From Armatimonadota bacterium (GTDB taxonomy: Bacteria > Armatimonadota > Fimbriimonadia > Fimbriimonadales > Fimbriimonadaceae), in contig JACRPN010000006.1 in assembly GCA_016223145.1 (NCBI GenBank), positions 120,211-184,210 of the forward strand: a DNA stretch of 64,000 nt. The letters are read 5' to 3'. A program made the position numbers and the translations under genes. The notes beneath the pieces were generated by a model that saw nothing but the letters and a program-made list of their open reading frames with translations, had not been told where the DNA came from and searched no databases. This document shows positions 19,399 through 29,286 of the stretch, in pieces (within the stretch, counting starts at the first letter, position 1; every line of letters starts with the position of its first letter).

Positions 19399-20231
19399 TT
19401 GCCCGCCCCCTTTCGCTTCGCTTCCGCTGCCCGGGCAAAGAACGTGCGCATCCACGGAAGGTTTCGCCTGTAGAGGGCCGAGCGCACTCCCGTCAGCTCC
19501 TTGATCAGGCCGTTCAGCGCGCGAATTACCTCCTTGCGATTGCTTGCCGTGAGCTGGGTCCAAAGCTCCGGGTTGCTACCGCCAACACGCGTCGCGTCCC
19601 GCCATGAACCCCCTGAGGGCACCCGAACCGCGGGGCGGTCGGCCTGAATCAGCAGCGCTGCGGCGAGGATGTGGGGAAGATGGCTGACCAAGGCAATTTG
19701 GGCGTCGTGGTCGCCGGCTTCGACCCGGATCGGGATCGCACCGAGCGCCTTCACGGCAGCCTCGACCGTGTAGTAAGCGGTTTGCCCGCCGTTCCTGGGC
19801 GGCGTGAGGATCCAGGCTTTCCCGGCGAACATGTCGGGGTCCCCGTGCGCAGGGCCCGAGTGCTCGGTGCCTCCCATCGGGTGCCCCGGTACGAGCCAGT
19901 GCCGGCGGCCACGGGGCCTTGCCCAACGCGCGATCTCGGACTTCACTCCGGCGCAGTCGCTGACAATCGTGGCCTCGCCGCGAAACTTCTCGATGAAGCT
20001 CAGCGTGGCGATGACCGCGTCCGGCGGCACGGCGACGAACACGAGGTCGCACTGGGCGATCTTTTCAAGCGGAATACAGACGTCGACAGCACCAGTCTGG
20101 GCAGCGATGGACTCATGTTCAGGCAGCCCGTCATGGCCGTAGATCTCATAGACGGAGGCCCATTTCCGCAGACCCAAGCCTATGGAGGTGCCAATCAGGC
20201 CGAGGCCGACGATCCCAACGCGCATCGGCAT
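19395..20231 (-). CDS. tyrA: prephenate dehydrogenase
   Basis: Rossmann N-terminus MRVGIVGLGLIGTSIG; TyrA-family core; same strand and coupled with aroA and cmk. Confidence 0.8.
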   Translation of the reverse strand: MPMRVGIVGLGLIGTSIGLGLRKWASVYEIYGHDGLPEHESIAAQTGAVDVCIPLEKIAQCDLVFVAVPPDAVIATLSFIEKFRGEATIVSDCAGVKSEIARWARPRGRRHWLVPGHPMGGTEHSGPAHGDPDMFAGKAWILTPPRNGGQTAYYTVEAAVKALGAIPIRVEAGDHDAQIALVSHLPHILAAALLIQADRPAVRVPSGGSWRDATRVGGSNPELWTQLTASNRKEVIRALNGLIKELTGVRSALYRRNLPWMRTFFARAAEAKRKGAGN

Positions 20232-20391
20232 AGGTTACTTGACGAGGGCCAATCTGGGGGATGGGGTTCAGTGTTCAGGGTGCAGGTCTCAGGGCACGGG
20301 CGGGTGAGTTTATGTCGGTCAAGTCTTGTCTTCACTTCACTCCACGGTGCAACCGAGGCCTCCATGGTCTCGTCTTGCCAGAAGAGGGCAC

Positions 20392-21909
20392 ATGGAACTT
20401 CAGGACAAGCTCGAAGGTCCGCCAAGAGCCGTACGGTGGTTCACCATGCTGCTGCTTGTCGGCTTTGTCGCCTCGGCCCTCCTCGCCTTCCTACCGCTTT
20501 GGAGGATCGTGTTTGGATGGTATGACCTGGAAACAGGCGATCCGTCGCCCTTTGAGATTTACTGGCACTGGGTAGCCTCCGCCATCCTGCTGGGGATCGC
20601 TCTGCGTTTCTGTAAACAGCGCTCGCCAAGAGCTCCTGCTTGGGCCCTCGCGGCGATCGTGGGGGTCTTGGCTTCGATGGTTGACGAGTTTTCAAGGATG
20701 CCGCAGGGCTACGGGTTCGTTTTCGATGAGCTCATGGGTGAGCCGCGGACCCTTTGGGACCGCATTCTCTTCACGCTGGGAATAGACGTTCCGAGGAATA
20801 TCTCGGCACTTGTGGCCCTGTCTGTTGCCGCCTTGGCGACACGACGGCTCCTTTTTGTGTCAGACCTTCGCGGCGATTTCGGAAGCTCTGCGCCCGGCGA
20901 GGATGGCTTCCCCGGAAAATCATTTGGGTTGCATGCGAAGTCGCGCTTCGGGATTCCGACGCTTGTCGTTTCGGCCTGGCTGCTTTTCGTTTTGTTCGGG
21001 TGTTTGGTTGGCCCGCTTGGCCGACTCGTCCCGTTTTGGATCGTTGCCGAGCCGTTCGGGATGGTCTACACATCCTCGTGGATTGATTGCCTCACCAAGA
21101 CGTGGCTGCCATTTTTCGTCGCCTTCTCGGTGATCATCTGGCAGTGCACCGAACGGCTGGACATCTCAGATGAAGGGATCCGGCTCTTTCTGTTTGATCG
21201 CCGCTGGACCATCTGGTTCGCGCCTTGGGACAGGATCAAGCTAATCGAGTTCATGCGGCATGGCGCCGAGTTGACGCTGGCGAACGTCCGCTACCGTTTT
21301 CGCTTCAATATCCCGATCTGCTTCGGCATCCCGTTTCGCAGATATGTCGCTTCTCTCGGGTTGCAGGAGCGGCTCACCGGCGCGGCAACCGAAATCGGCA
21401 TCCCAATTAAGGAGATGCGCTCGTCTCGATGGATGGGGTTCGCCGCATGGGCTGTCATCCTCTGTGGCTTCGGCTCATCGATCGCGATGAAAGCCGAATC
21501 GGCCCATCTCATGAACCTGATGGCGGCCGACCCGTTCCCGGAGGCCGAGTATCAGCGTTTGGCCGGACTGTTCCCCTTGACGGCGCTCTATCTCGCCAGC
21601 GTATTGTTGGTCGGTTTGGGGATCGGCATGAAGGTGGGGCATGACCGGGGATTTCCGCAGTTTTGGCCCCTGGTCCTGTGGCTCTGCGCCGTTCAGATGC
21701 TTCCAGACCCTGTGTTGCACTGGCTGGTCTACGTCGCGATTTTCTCCATCCTTGCCGCACGGACGGGGACGATTATCCAGGTCCCTCACGTTCCCGTGCC
21801 ACCCTATTGGCAGACGGAGCTTGCCCACAATCTGGTCCTTTTCTCACCGGTCCTGGGGTTCCTGGGATACATGATAGGCGTGCCATTGGCCCGCCGGATC
21901 GTTAGGTGA
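20392..21909 (+). CDS. large polytopic membrane protein (hypothetical)
   Basis: About 505 aa, more than 10 predicted TM helices, no recognisable catalytic motif; start 20392 (MELQ) or 20326 uncertain. Confidence 0.5.
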   Translation: MELQDKLEGPPRAVRWFTMLLLVGFVASALLAFLPLWRIVFGWYDLETGDPSPFEIYWHWVASAILLGIALRFCKQRSPRAPAWALAAIVGVLASMVDEFSRMPQGYGFVFDELMGEPRTLWDRILFTLGIDVPRNISALVALSVAALATRRLLFVSDLRGDFGSSAPGEDGFPGKSFGLHAKSRFGIPTLVVSAWLLFVLFGCLVGPLGRLVPFWIVAEPFGMVYTSSWIDCLTKTWLPFFVAFSVIIWQCTERLDISDEGIRLFLFDRRWTIWFAPWDRIKLIEFMRHGAELTLANVRYRFRFNIPICFGIPFRRYVASLGLQERLTGAATEIGIPIKEMRSSRWMGFAAWAVILCGFGSSIAMKAESAHLMNLMAADPFPEAEYQRLAGLFPLTALYLASVLLVGLGIGMKVGHDRGFPQFWPLVLWLCAVQMLPDPVLHWLVYVAIFSILAARTGTIIQVPHVPVPPYWQTELAHNLVLFSPVLGFLGYMIGVPLARRIVR

Positions 21910-21947
21910 CGCTCGCCGACTCACAGATTCCCCGATTCTCAGGTTCC

Positions 21948-22130
21948 CCGGTTCTCCGGTTCTCCGGTTCTCGTATCCCGTTCCCCCTCACCCCCGTTCG
22001 CTTCGCTCACGGTCCCTCTCCCCCGAAGGGAGAGGTGGTTCACCGACTTAACGTCCAACCGCCTCTCAGTTCATCGACTCATCGACTCACCGACTCACCG
22101 ACTCACCGGTTCTCCGGTTCTCCGGTTCTC
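21948..22130. repeat. composite intergenic repeat: [CCGGTTCT]x3, ~62-bp core containing CCCCCTCACCCCCGTTCGCTTCGCTC, [TCAYCGAC]x5, [CCGGTTCT]x3
   Basis: Direct reading of tandem octamers; the core is homologous to elements at 32645-32716, 34131-34200 and 49192-49305. Confidence 0.7.
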
Positions 22131-22133
22131 CCC

Positions 22134-24917
22134 CTATCCCCCTTCCTTCCCCTTCTGGACGGCAGGAACACCGCTCGTTACCCATTTCTCGGGCTTGGCG
22201 CCCTTTAGGTACACGTCGAAGAAGTGTCGAACCCGGTGCGCGTAGTCAAGCTGGTTTGGCCGCTTGGCCAGACCGTGGTTCTCACCGGGGTAGACCAGCA
22301 TGATGATCTGCTTGCCCATGCGCCGTAGGGTGTTGTAGAACTGCTGGCCCTGATGCCAGTCCACCGCTCCGTCGCTGTCGCCAAAGGCGATCATCATCGG
22401 GGTGTTCAGGTTCTTTGCGTTCCACATCGGCGAGTTGTCTGTATAGGCCTTGATGTCCTCATACCAGGGCACCTCCATGCGGCCCTGGCTGGACTCAAAG
22501 ATCACCTGGTCGGTGATGCCCGCGTTCCAGTAGAAGCTGTTGTACATCGTGATCAGCTCGGTCAGAGGCGCGCCAGCCACCGCAGCGGCGAACACGTTGC
22601 TCTGAGTGGGCACAAAGGCGGTTTGATAGCCGCCCCAAGAGTGGCCCACCAAACCAACCTTCGCCGGATCGACGCCAACCTTCTTGCTCAGCACCGCCTG
22701 GACCGCAGGCTCCAGACACTGCACCGCAGACACGCCAGGCTGACGGTCGCGATAGGCGATGTCCGGCATGAAGACGAAGTACCCTTGTTGAATCCAGTGC
22801 TGCATGTTGTAGCTGCCCCAAGGGCTGGGCATCGCATAGTTGTGGAATCCATCGGAGAGCTGCTCGTAGATGTAGGTGATCATCGGGTAGCTCTTTCCCG
22901 CCTCGTGGCCCGCGGGAAAGTAGAGAATCCCCTGAAGCTCCTTGCCCCATTTGCTCTTGAAGTCCACCAGCTCTGCCTTGCCCCAAAGAAACTCAGCCTG
23001 TTGCGGGTTGGTCCGTGCCAACGGTTTGATCGCCGAGAATTGCTCGTTCGTGAGCTGCCATGAGGGCGACTTTTCGAACGACTGCATCGTGAAGATCATG
23101 CGGTCGACGTCCTTCGCGCGCCGCAATTGCCCGAGGCTGCTGTCGTCGAGCACCAGCATCTTGCCTTCCTTTGCTCCAGGATCGAACCGCAGATAGCCCG
23201 ACTTCTTGGTCTTCTCGTCAAACGCCCGTAAATAGAGGGGGTCCGTGATGCGCAAACCCTCATCACTGAAACCCGGGTTCACAACCTGAAACTCTACGTG
23301 GTCGTCCTTGCCGTCCGTGAGTTGGGTGGCCTTTCCTGCAGCAGGGTCGAACAGCCATTTGTCGTACTTGTCGCCGACAATGAGCCCTGCATCGTCGTTG
23401 AGCCAAACCGGAAACGAAGCCGCGGGCTTTTCCTTGATGGTGTGATCGTCGTCCGTGTCCCAGAAGTCGCGCTTGATGCCCTGGGTTAGATTCCGCGCCT
23501 TGTCTGCGGCGACGTCGTAAACCCACCAGGCTTTCTGCGCGTAATAGGCGAGGAACTTGCCCTCGGGAGAAGGAGTTGGCCCGAACTGGCGCTTCTCCAG
23601 GAAACGGGTGCGGTGGCCCGTGAGCGTGTCGACAACATACCAATCGGAATACTCGATTCCTCCCGGGCGCGTGGGGTCCTCATACGGTTCCGTGTTTTCC
23701 CAGAGCGCTGTCTGGAAGTTCCCGATCAGACGCACCGACTTGACCTCCGGCGATCCGATCTGGGTGAACGTGTTCGTCTCGGGCCGCCAAAGGCAGAGGT
23801 AGGTCTCTCGCTTGGTCTGCTCCAGCACTCTCTGCTGGTAGGGCTGAAGGTCGTAGTCCTTGTAGTGCCAGACGTCCACATTGGGCTTTTCCTCCGGCTT
23901 GGCCTTGTCCTCTTTCTTGTCCTCCCATTCCTTGATGCCGAACGCCACGATGTCCCCCTTCTCGTTTTGCTGAAGGGCGGCGAACTCGGCGATGCGGAAT
24001 CCTTTGGGGAATCTGGAATCGGCAGCGGGGTCGAACGACGCCACGGTGATCGCAGGCTTGTCGAACCCTGTGGCCCGATAGATCACGTTGGCGGCGCCCT
24101 CCTTCTTGGGGTCGGTGGTGCCGGCAAGGAACGTCAGAATGGGCGCCTTTTCAGCCCAGGAGATCAGCCCGAGGTTGCCTTTCTGGAACCGAACGTCTCG
24201 GAGCCTTCCCAAGGCGAAGTCATAAACCTGCACCCCCTTCTGGTCCCCGCCGCTGTCGATGCCAACCGCCATCAGGCCCCCATCCTTGTGGATGTTGAAC
24301 GACACTACATTGCCGATCGTCAGAGCCGACCCCGCCTTCAGATCGAAAATGGATAGGTCGCTGCCACCCGTTTGCCGAGTGGCGGGACGGTAACGCAGGG
24401 CCACCAGGTAGCCGCCACCTTTCGTGAACTCCCAAGACTGAACGCCTTCGAGGATCCTCTCCGCTCCCGTCGCAAGTTCCCGGAGCGCAAGCTTGTTTTC
24501 GACCGGCTTCTTTTGTTCGCGCAGGGCCTCCGCATCCTTCTTGGCGACCTGGATGGAATACGCCACCCATTTCGAGTCGTCGCTGAAGCGGGGGCCAGTT
24601 CCCAGCGGCGTCAGTGCCTGCTGCGGCGCATCGCAGTTCTTGACCACCAAATACCCATCCATGTCCACCTTGTTCACGGTGTAGGCAAACCAGTGCCCGT
24701 CAGGCGAGATTGCCGCCGCCCCAAGAGACTCCCATTGCGCGTAGTCCTCAACCTTGAGCGCGCGCTTTGGACCCTGGGTCGCCGGGGCGCCTTGGGGTGG
24801 CTTGGTCTCTTGGCCCTGGCTGAGAATGTAGGAGTCACTCCAAGCGGGAGCGAGCGCCGCCCCCAGCAGGGAAGCGAGGAGCAAGGGAGTGAGAGTTCGA
24901 AAGATGGCTAGCTTCAT
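22134..24917 (-). CDS. S9 family serine peptidase with N-terminal TolB-like beta-propeller domain (acylaminoacyl-peptidase-like), secreted
   Basis: Signal peptide MKLAIFRTLTPLLLASLLGAALAPAWS; catalytic GHSWGGYQ (GxSxG), downstream Asp and His (GENHG); 927 aa from ATG 24917. Confidence 0.8.
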   Translation of the reverse strand: MKLAIFRTLTPLLLASLLGAALAPAWSDSYILSQGQETKPPQGAPATQGPKRALKVEDYAQWESLGAAAISPDGHWFAYTVNKVDMDGYLVVKNCDAPQQALTPLGTGPRFSDDSKWVAYSIQVAKKDAEALREQKKPVENKLALRELATGAERILEGVQSWEFTKGGGYLVALRYRPATRQTGGSDLSIFDLKAGSALTIGNVVSFNIHKDGGLMAVGIDSGGDQKGVQVYDFALGRLRDVRFQKGNLGLISWAEKAPILTFLAGTTDPKKEGAANVIYRATGFDKPAITVASFDPAADSRFPKGFRIAEFAALQQNEKGDIVAFGIKEWEDKKEDKAKPEEKPNVDVWHYKDYDLQPYQQRVLEQTKRETYLCLWRPETNTFTQIGSPEVKSVRLIGNFQTALWENTEPYEDPTRPGGIEYSDWYVVDTLTGHRTRFLEKRQFGPTPSPEGKFLAYYAQKAWWVYDVAADKARNLTQGIKRDFWDTDDDHTIKEKPAASFPVWLNDDAGLIVGDKYDKWLFDPAAGKATQLTDGKDDHVEFQVVNPGFSDEGLRITDPLYLRAFDEKTKKSGYLRFDPGAKEGKMLVLDDSSLGQLRRAKDVDRMIFTMQSFEKSPSWQLTNEQFSAIKPLARTNPQQAEFLWGKAELVDFKSKWGKELQGILYFPAGHEAGKSYPMITYIYEQLSDGFHNYAMPSPWGSYNMQHWIQQGYFVFMPDIAYRDRQPGVSAVQCLEPAVQAVLSKKVGVDPAKVGLVGHSWGGYQTAFVPTQSNVFAAAVAGAPLTELITMYNSFYWNAGITDQVIFESSQGRMEVPWYEDIKAYTDNSPMWNAKNLNTPMMIAFGDSDGAVDWHQGQQFYNTLRRMGKQIIMLVYPGENHGLAKRPNQLDYAHRVRHFFDVYLKGAKPEKWVTSGVPAVQKGKEGG

Positions 24918-25042
24918 GTCGGGCACAAGACCTCTGATTGCATGGACGGGAAAGCACGGCTCGGCGAACCTCGAAAATGGAGGCAAAAACAGACGGCCCC
25001 ATCGGAGACCGATGGGGCCGTCGTGGTGAATCAATAGGGAGG

Positions 25043-25450
25043 CTACAGGTCGTAACGCTTGGGGCCGCTCTTGTCGTCGTCGTTGCCCTGAGCGATGCGC
25101 TTGACGAACGTGACCAGCTCCATCGGGTTGAACGGCTTGGTCAGATACATGTCGGCGCCGTAGTGATAGCCCTCGAAGACGTCCTTGTCCTGAGCCTTCG
25201 CCGTAAGCATAATGACGGGGAGCGTCTCGGTCTCGGGGTCGCGCCGCAGGTTCTTCAGAACCTCGAAGCCGTCCATGTACGGCATCATCACGTCGAGCAC
25301 GACCATGTTGGGCTTCTCGGATTTGACCTTCTCCAGGCCCTCTTTGCCGTCGAAGGCCGTGATCACCTCAAAGCCCTGCCGTTCGAGGTTGACCTGGATC
25401 AACCGTACAATGTGCCTCTCGTCGTCGCAAACCAGAACCTTTAGCGCCAT
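25043..25450 (-). CDS. single-domain response regulator (CheY-like receiver)
   Basis: VLVCDDERHIV...VVLDVMMPYMDGFEVL...TAKAQ...YLTKPF; phospho-acceptor Asp and Lys present; no output domain. Confidence 0.8.
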   Translation of the reverse strand: MALKVLVCDDERHIVRLIQVNLERQGFEVITAFDGKEGLEKVKSEKPNMVVLDVMMPYMDGFEVLKNLRRDPETETLPVIMLTAKAQDKDVFEGYHYGADMYLTKPFNPMELVTFVKRIAQGNDDDKSGPKRYDL

Positions 25451-25558
25451 GGGGAATTCCACCAAACCGATGCTTGTTGAGCCATCCTACCTGAAAGACC
25501 TCCTTTAGTCAATCGGTCCCTGGCCGCACCGGAATGTACCCCAGGTACCCTTTGAAAG

Positions 25559-26362
25559 TTGAAGCTCTGCAGATTCCAACTCCATACGGACCCGGAGACC
25601 CCTCGATCCGGCATCGTCCATGGCGGAAAGGTCTACGAAACCGACGGCAGCCAGCCGATTGCGGTTCATGAGTGGACCGACGCCGTCCTGTTGGCGCCGA
25701 TCGGCAGGCCCCCGACGATCCGGCTCTTTACCGGTGCCAGACCCTCGCTGATCGAGTGGCTGCAGTCGGATGAAGCCGGCGCTGAAGCGGGGCCGGACTA
25801 TATCTACTTGAACCCCTCGCTGATGGTGGGCACACAGAGCGCCATTCCCGAGTCGCCACTCTCGCCGCTAATCGGGGTGAAGGTCTGTTTGGGGGTGGTG
25901 ATCGGCGAAGCGGCGCACCGGATCACGCCGGATGAGGCGGAGAGGCTGGTGCTTGGCTACACGATCGCCGCCGTGCTCTATGCCGCCGACGTCGAGCGAA
26001 ACGAGATGGCGTCCAGCCAGGGGCTGGTGCGATCGCATGAGATCGGAGTGGCCGTGGGGCCCGCACTGACCACCCTCGATGAGCTAGAAGAGGCGCTTCT
26101 TCCAGAAGAGGGCGCTTCGCGCTACAAGATCGACTTTTCCGCGAGCATCGACGGGGCCGAGGCAGCCCAGTTCGCCAGCGACGAAGTGCCGTTTGCCATG
26201 GCGGACCTGGCCAGTTACGCCTCTCGGACGGCGCCCCTCATGGCCGGCGACCTCATCCTGCTGGCGATGGGCTCGACCGCTCCGCACGCGTACTTGGCGG
26301 TGGGGTCTGAACTTCGGATCGTCACGAAGAACCTGGGCACCCTTAGCTTGAAGTATGGGTAG
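25559..26362 (+). CDS. fumarylacetoacetate hydrolase (FAH) family protein, divergent
   Basis: N-terminus MKLCRF...GIVHGGKVYE and a GVVIGEAAHRI...GYTIAAVL core resemble FAH-fold hydratases/isomerases; several canonical residues not clearly recognisable. Confidence 0.45.
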   Translation: MKLCRFQLHTDPETPRSGIVHGGKVYETDGSQPIAVHEWTDAVLLAPIGRPPTIRLFTGARPSLIEWLQSDEAGAEAGPDYIYLNPSLMVGTQSAIPESPLSPLIGVKVCLGVVIGEAAHRITPDEAERLVLGYTIAAVLYAADVERNEMASSQGLVRSHEIGVAVGPALTTLDELEEALLPEEGASRYKIDFSASIDGAEAAQFASDEVPFAMADLASYASRTAPLMAGDLILLAMGSTAPHAYLAVGSELRIVTKNLGTLSLKYG

Positions 26363-26420
26363 TTTGATGGAGGGGGCGGGGGCTGTATGGGGCGGTTGCG
26401 CTTCATAATCACGGAACCCC

Positions 26421-27647
26421 ATGTCCTCCTTTAAGCAATACACCCTCGAAAACGGCGTGCGTGTGCTCGTCGAACCTGTCGACTACGTCCGCTCCGCCAG
26501 CATCGGCCTTTGGTGCCAGACCGGAAGCCGCCACGAGCACGACGACGAGGCCGGCATCACCCACCTCATCGAGCACATGCTCTTCAAAGGCACCAAGACC
26601 CGCACGTCCAAAGAGATCGCCGAGGCCATTGAGGGGCGAGGCGGGCACCTGAACGCCTTCACCGACAAGGAGAACACCTGCTACTACTGCCGCGTGCTCA
26701 GCGACGACGTGGAGAACGGCATCGACGTGCTGACCGACATGATGCGCAACTCGCTGATCGAACCTGAAGAGCTGGAGCGCGAGAAGGGCGTGGTCCTGGA
26801 GGAGATCAAGCGCGGCGAGGATGAGCCGAGCGACCACGTGCACGACCTGCACCTTCAGGGCCGCTGGGGCGAGCACCCGCTGGGTAAGCCGGTCATCGGC
26901 ACGCCGGAGTCGGTTTCCAGCTTCAAACAGGCCAATCTGAACACCTATATGGACCGCCGGTACCGGGGCGGGAGCATCCTGCTATCCGTGGCGGGGAACG
27001 TGGATCCGGAATCGGTGTGCTCGTGGGCTCGGGCTCACTTGGAGAGCATCGAGCCGGGTGACGGCAAGCTGGAATGCTCCCGGCCCGCGGGCGAACCCGG
27101 CCCGAACTTCGTGAAAAAGGACGTCGAGGCGGTGCACTTCTGCATCGGTTCAGACGGCGTGGGTCTCTTCGACGATGAACTCTACACGATGGCGGTAATG
27201 GATGCGGCGCTCGGTGGCTCGATGAGCAGCCGGCTGTTCCAGGAGATTCGCGAAAAGCGAGGCCTGGCCTATGCGGTGGGCAGCTATTCGCTGACGTACT
27301 CGGCAGGTGGGGCGTACACGGTCTACGGCGGCACGGGCGCGCAGACCTGGGGCCAGGTGCAGGAGCTGGTGCGGACCGAGTTCGACAAGGTGATGGCGGA
27401 CGGTCTGGAAGCGGATGAGCTGGAGCGGACCAAGCGCAACATCTGCGGGAGCATCGTGCTGGCGCTGGAGGGCATGAGCTCTCGCATGATGCGCATGGCC
27501 AAGAATGAGCTCGTCTACGGCCGCCAGATCCCGGTGGACGAAACGGTGGCGAAGGTCAATGCGGTGACGAACGAGGATGTGACGACGCTTGCCCGGCGGG
27601 TGCTGGATGCCGCGAACATGAGCACGACGGCCATTGGGCCCGCGTAG
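26421..27647 (+). CDS. M16 family zinc peptidase (pitrilysin/insulinase-like)
   Basis: Inverted zinc motif HLIEHMLFKGT (HxxEH) with downstream Glu (GGHLNAFT...E); 408 aa. Confidence 0.8.
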   Translation: MSSFKQYTLENGVRVLVEPVDYVRSASIGLWCQTGSRHEHDDEAGITHLIEHMLFKGTKTRTSKEIAEAIEGRGGHLNAFTDKENTCYYCRVLSDDVENGIDVLTDMMRNSLIEPEELEREKGVVLEEIKRGEDEPSDHVHDLHLQGRWGEHPLGKPVIGTPESVSSFKQANLNTYMDRRYRGGSILLSVAGNVDPESVCSWARAHLESIEPGDGKLECSRPAGEPGPNFVKKDVEAVHFCIGSDGVGLFDDELYTMAVMDAALGGSMSSRLFQEIREKRGLAYAVGSYSLTYSAGGAYTVYGGTGAQTWGQVQELVRTEFDKVMADGLEADELERTKRNICGSIVLALEGMSSRMMRMAKNELVYGRQIPVDETVAKVNAVTNEDVTTLARRVLDAANMSTTAIGPA

Positions 27648-27656
27648 ACTATCTTC

Positions 27657-29234
27657 ATGACCTCCCTGTTGCAGCGCGCGTGCCTGGCCGGAAACGAGGA
27701 CGAAGTGTGCGCCGAGGCGGCCGCGCACCTCGTCCAGGTGCTCGGCGCGAGCGGCTGCGACATCCTTTATGGCACCGAGGGCGGCGGACTGGTCCTGCGT
27801 GCCAGCACCTATGCGCCCGACTACATCCATCGCTGCCGCCTGGGCAAGGGCGTGGGCATCAGCGGGCAAGCCCACCTCGCCGGACAGCCCGTGCTGATCC
27901 GCGCGCGGGCCAAGCAAGACCCCAGATTCGTGGACTATCCAGGCCTTCCCAGCGACCAGTGGAACGGTGCGGCGGCGATTCCGCTCGGCGGCGAGGAGCC
28001 GTTCGGCGTGGCGGTTCTCTATAAGGAGGACTCTTGGGAGTTCGGCCCCCAAGAGCTCGAAAAGATTGTCCAGCAGGTCGAGGAGACGGGCCGTGTGCTC
28101 GATCTCTATCGCCGGGCGTTTCGCCTCGGTGCCAGGTCGACCCGCATGGGCGCGCTCAGCGAGGTCTCGCGGAACATTGCTTCGAGCCCCTATCTGGAGG
28201 AGATTCTCCAACTCCTCGTAAACCTCACAGCACAGCAGTTCGATTACCGCGTGTGCACGGTCCGGCTTCTGGATGAGGAACGCCAAGAACTGGTGCTGCG
28301 CGCCACCCAAGCGCAGGCGAAGGCTTATCAGCGCAAGCGGGCGATCAAGTTCGGGGAGTCCATCGCGGGAAGGGTGATCCAGGAAAAGCGCCCCATCGCG
28401 GTGGAAGATGTGCAGGTCGAGCCGGACTACATCGGCCACGACCTGGCGGTCGAGCAGGGGCTGCGCTCGATGATCTGCCTGCCGCTGCTCATGCAGGACC
28501 GGCCGCTGGGAGTCTTGACCTGCTACACCGGCGTCGTGCGCCAGTTCAGCCCCGAGGAGATCAGCGCCCTGGAGACGCTCGCCAAGCAGGCCTCGATCGC
28601 CATCGAGCATGCCCGTTTGGCGGTGCGCAGCACCCTGCTCCAGGAGATGCACCACCGGGTGAAGAACAACCTGCAGCAAGTCGCCTCGCTGCTCCGGCTC
28701 CAGATGCGTCACGGCGAATACAAGTCGCTGGAACAGGCGCTGAACGACATGCTCGGCAGAATCCTGGCGATTGCGGCGGTCCACGAGCTTCTGAGCCGCG
28801 ACGACCTCGACCATGTCGGGCTAATCACGCTCGCCGAGAACCTGCTTCACCACCACCGAGAGTCACTGATCGCGCCGGACCGGCAGATTCAGTTTCAGGT
28901 ACGCGGCGACGATGTGCACTTGAACACCACCCAAGGCACGCAAGTGGCCTTGATCCTGAACGAACTGATCCAAAACGCCGTCGAGCACGGGTTCCAACAG
29001 ACCACCTCAGGTGAGGTGCACATCACGGTCGAGGAGCACGACGGCGAGATTCGGTTCTGGGTCTCGAACAATGGCGATCAGCTCCCTGAGGGGTTCGACT
29101 TGGCGACGGCGGGACACCTGGGAACTCAGATCGTAGACAACCTGGCGCGGGCGCTGGGAGGGAAGTTCAAGCTCTCGAACGTGCTGGGCTGGGCGGTGGC
29201 CGAAGTGACGTTTCAGAGGACGGGTGGGGAGTAG
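27657..29234 (+). CDS. GAF-domain sensor histidine kinase (HisKA_2/HWE-type)
   Basis: Two GAF-like regions; H-box EMHHRVKNNLQQVASLLRLQ; HATPase_c N/G boxes (LNELIQNAVEHG, GHLGTQIV); no TM segments, so cytoplasmic. Confidence 0.75.
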   Translation: MTSLLQRACLAGNEDEVCAEAAAHLVQVLGASGCDILYGTEGGGLVLRASTYAPDYIHRCRLGKGVGISGQAHLAGQPVLIRARAKQDPRFVDYPGLPSDQWNGAAAIPLGGEEPFGVAVLYKEDSWEFGPQELEKIVQQVEETGRVLDLYRRAFRLGARSTRMGALSEVSRNIASSPYLEEILQLLVNLTAQQFDYRVCTVRLLDEERQELVLRATQAQAKAYQRKRAIKFGESIAGRVIQEKRPIAVEDVQVEPDYIGHDLAVEQGLRSMICLPLLMQDRPLGVLTCYTGVVRQFSPEEISALETLAKQASIAIEHARLAVRSTLLQEMHHRVKNNLQQVASLLRLQMRHGEYKSLEQALNDMLGRILAIAAVHELLSRDDLDHVGLITLAENLLHHHRESLIAPDRQIQFQVRGDDVHLNTTQGTQVALILNELIQNAVEHGFQQTTSGEVHITVEEHDGEIRFWVSNNGDQLPEGFDLATAGHLGTQIVDNLARALGGKFKLSNVLGWAVAEVTFQRTGGE

Positions 29235-29286
29235 GGGGCCAAACTGGACCTATAGGTCCTATATGTCCTATACGACTCATCCCCCC

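Noticed and set aside
21906-22208. ORF 21906..22208 (+) with repetitive RFSGSPVL/THRLTDSP peptides
   Set aside because: It is a translation of the CCGGTTCT/TCAYCGAC octamer arrays and repeat core in a convergent intergenic gap; not a gene.
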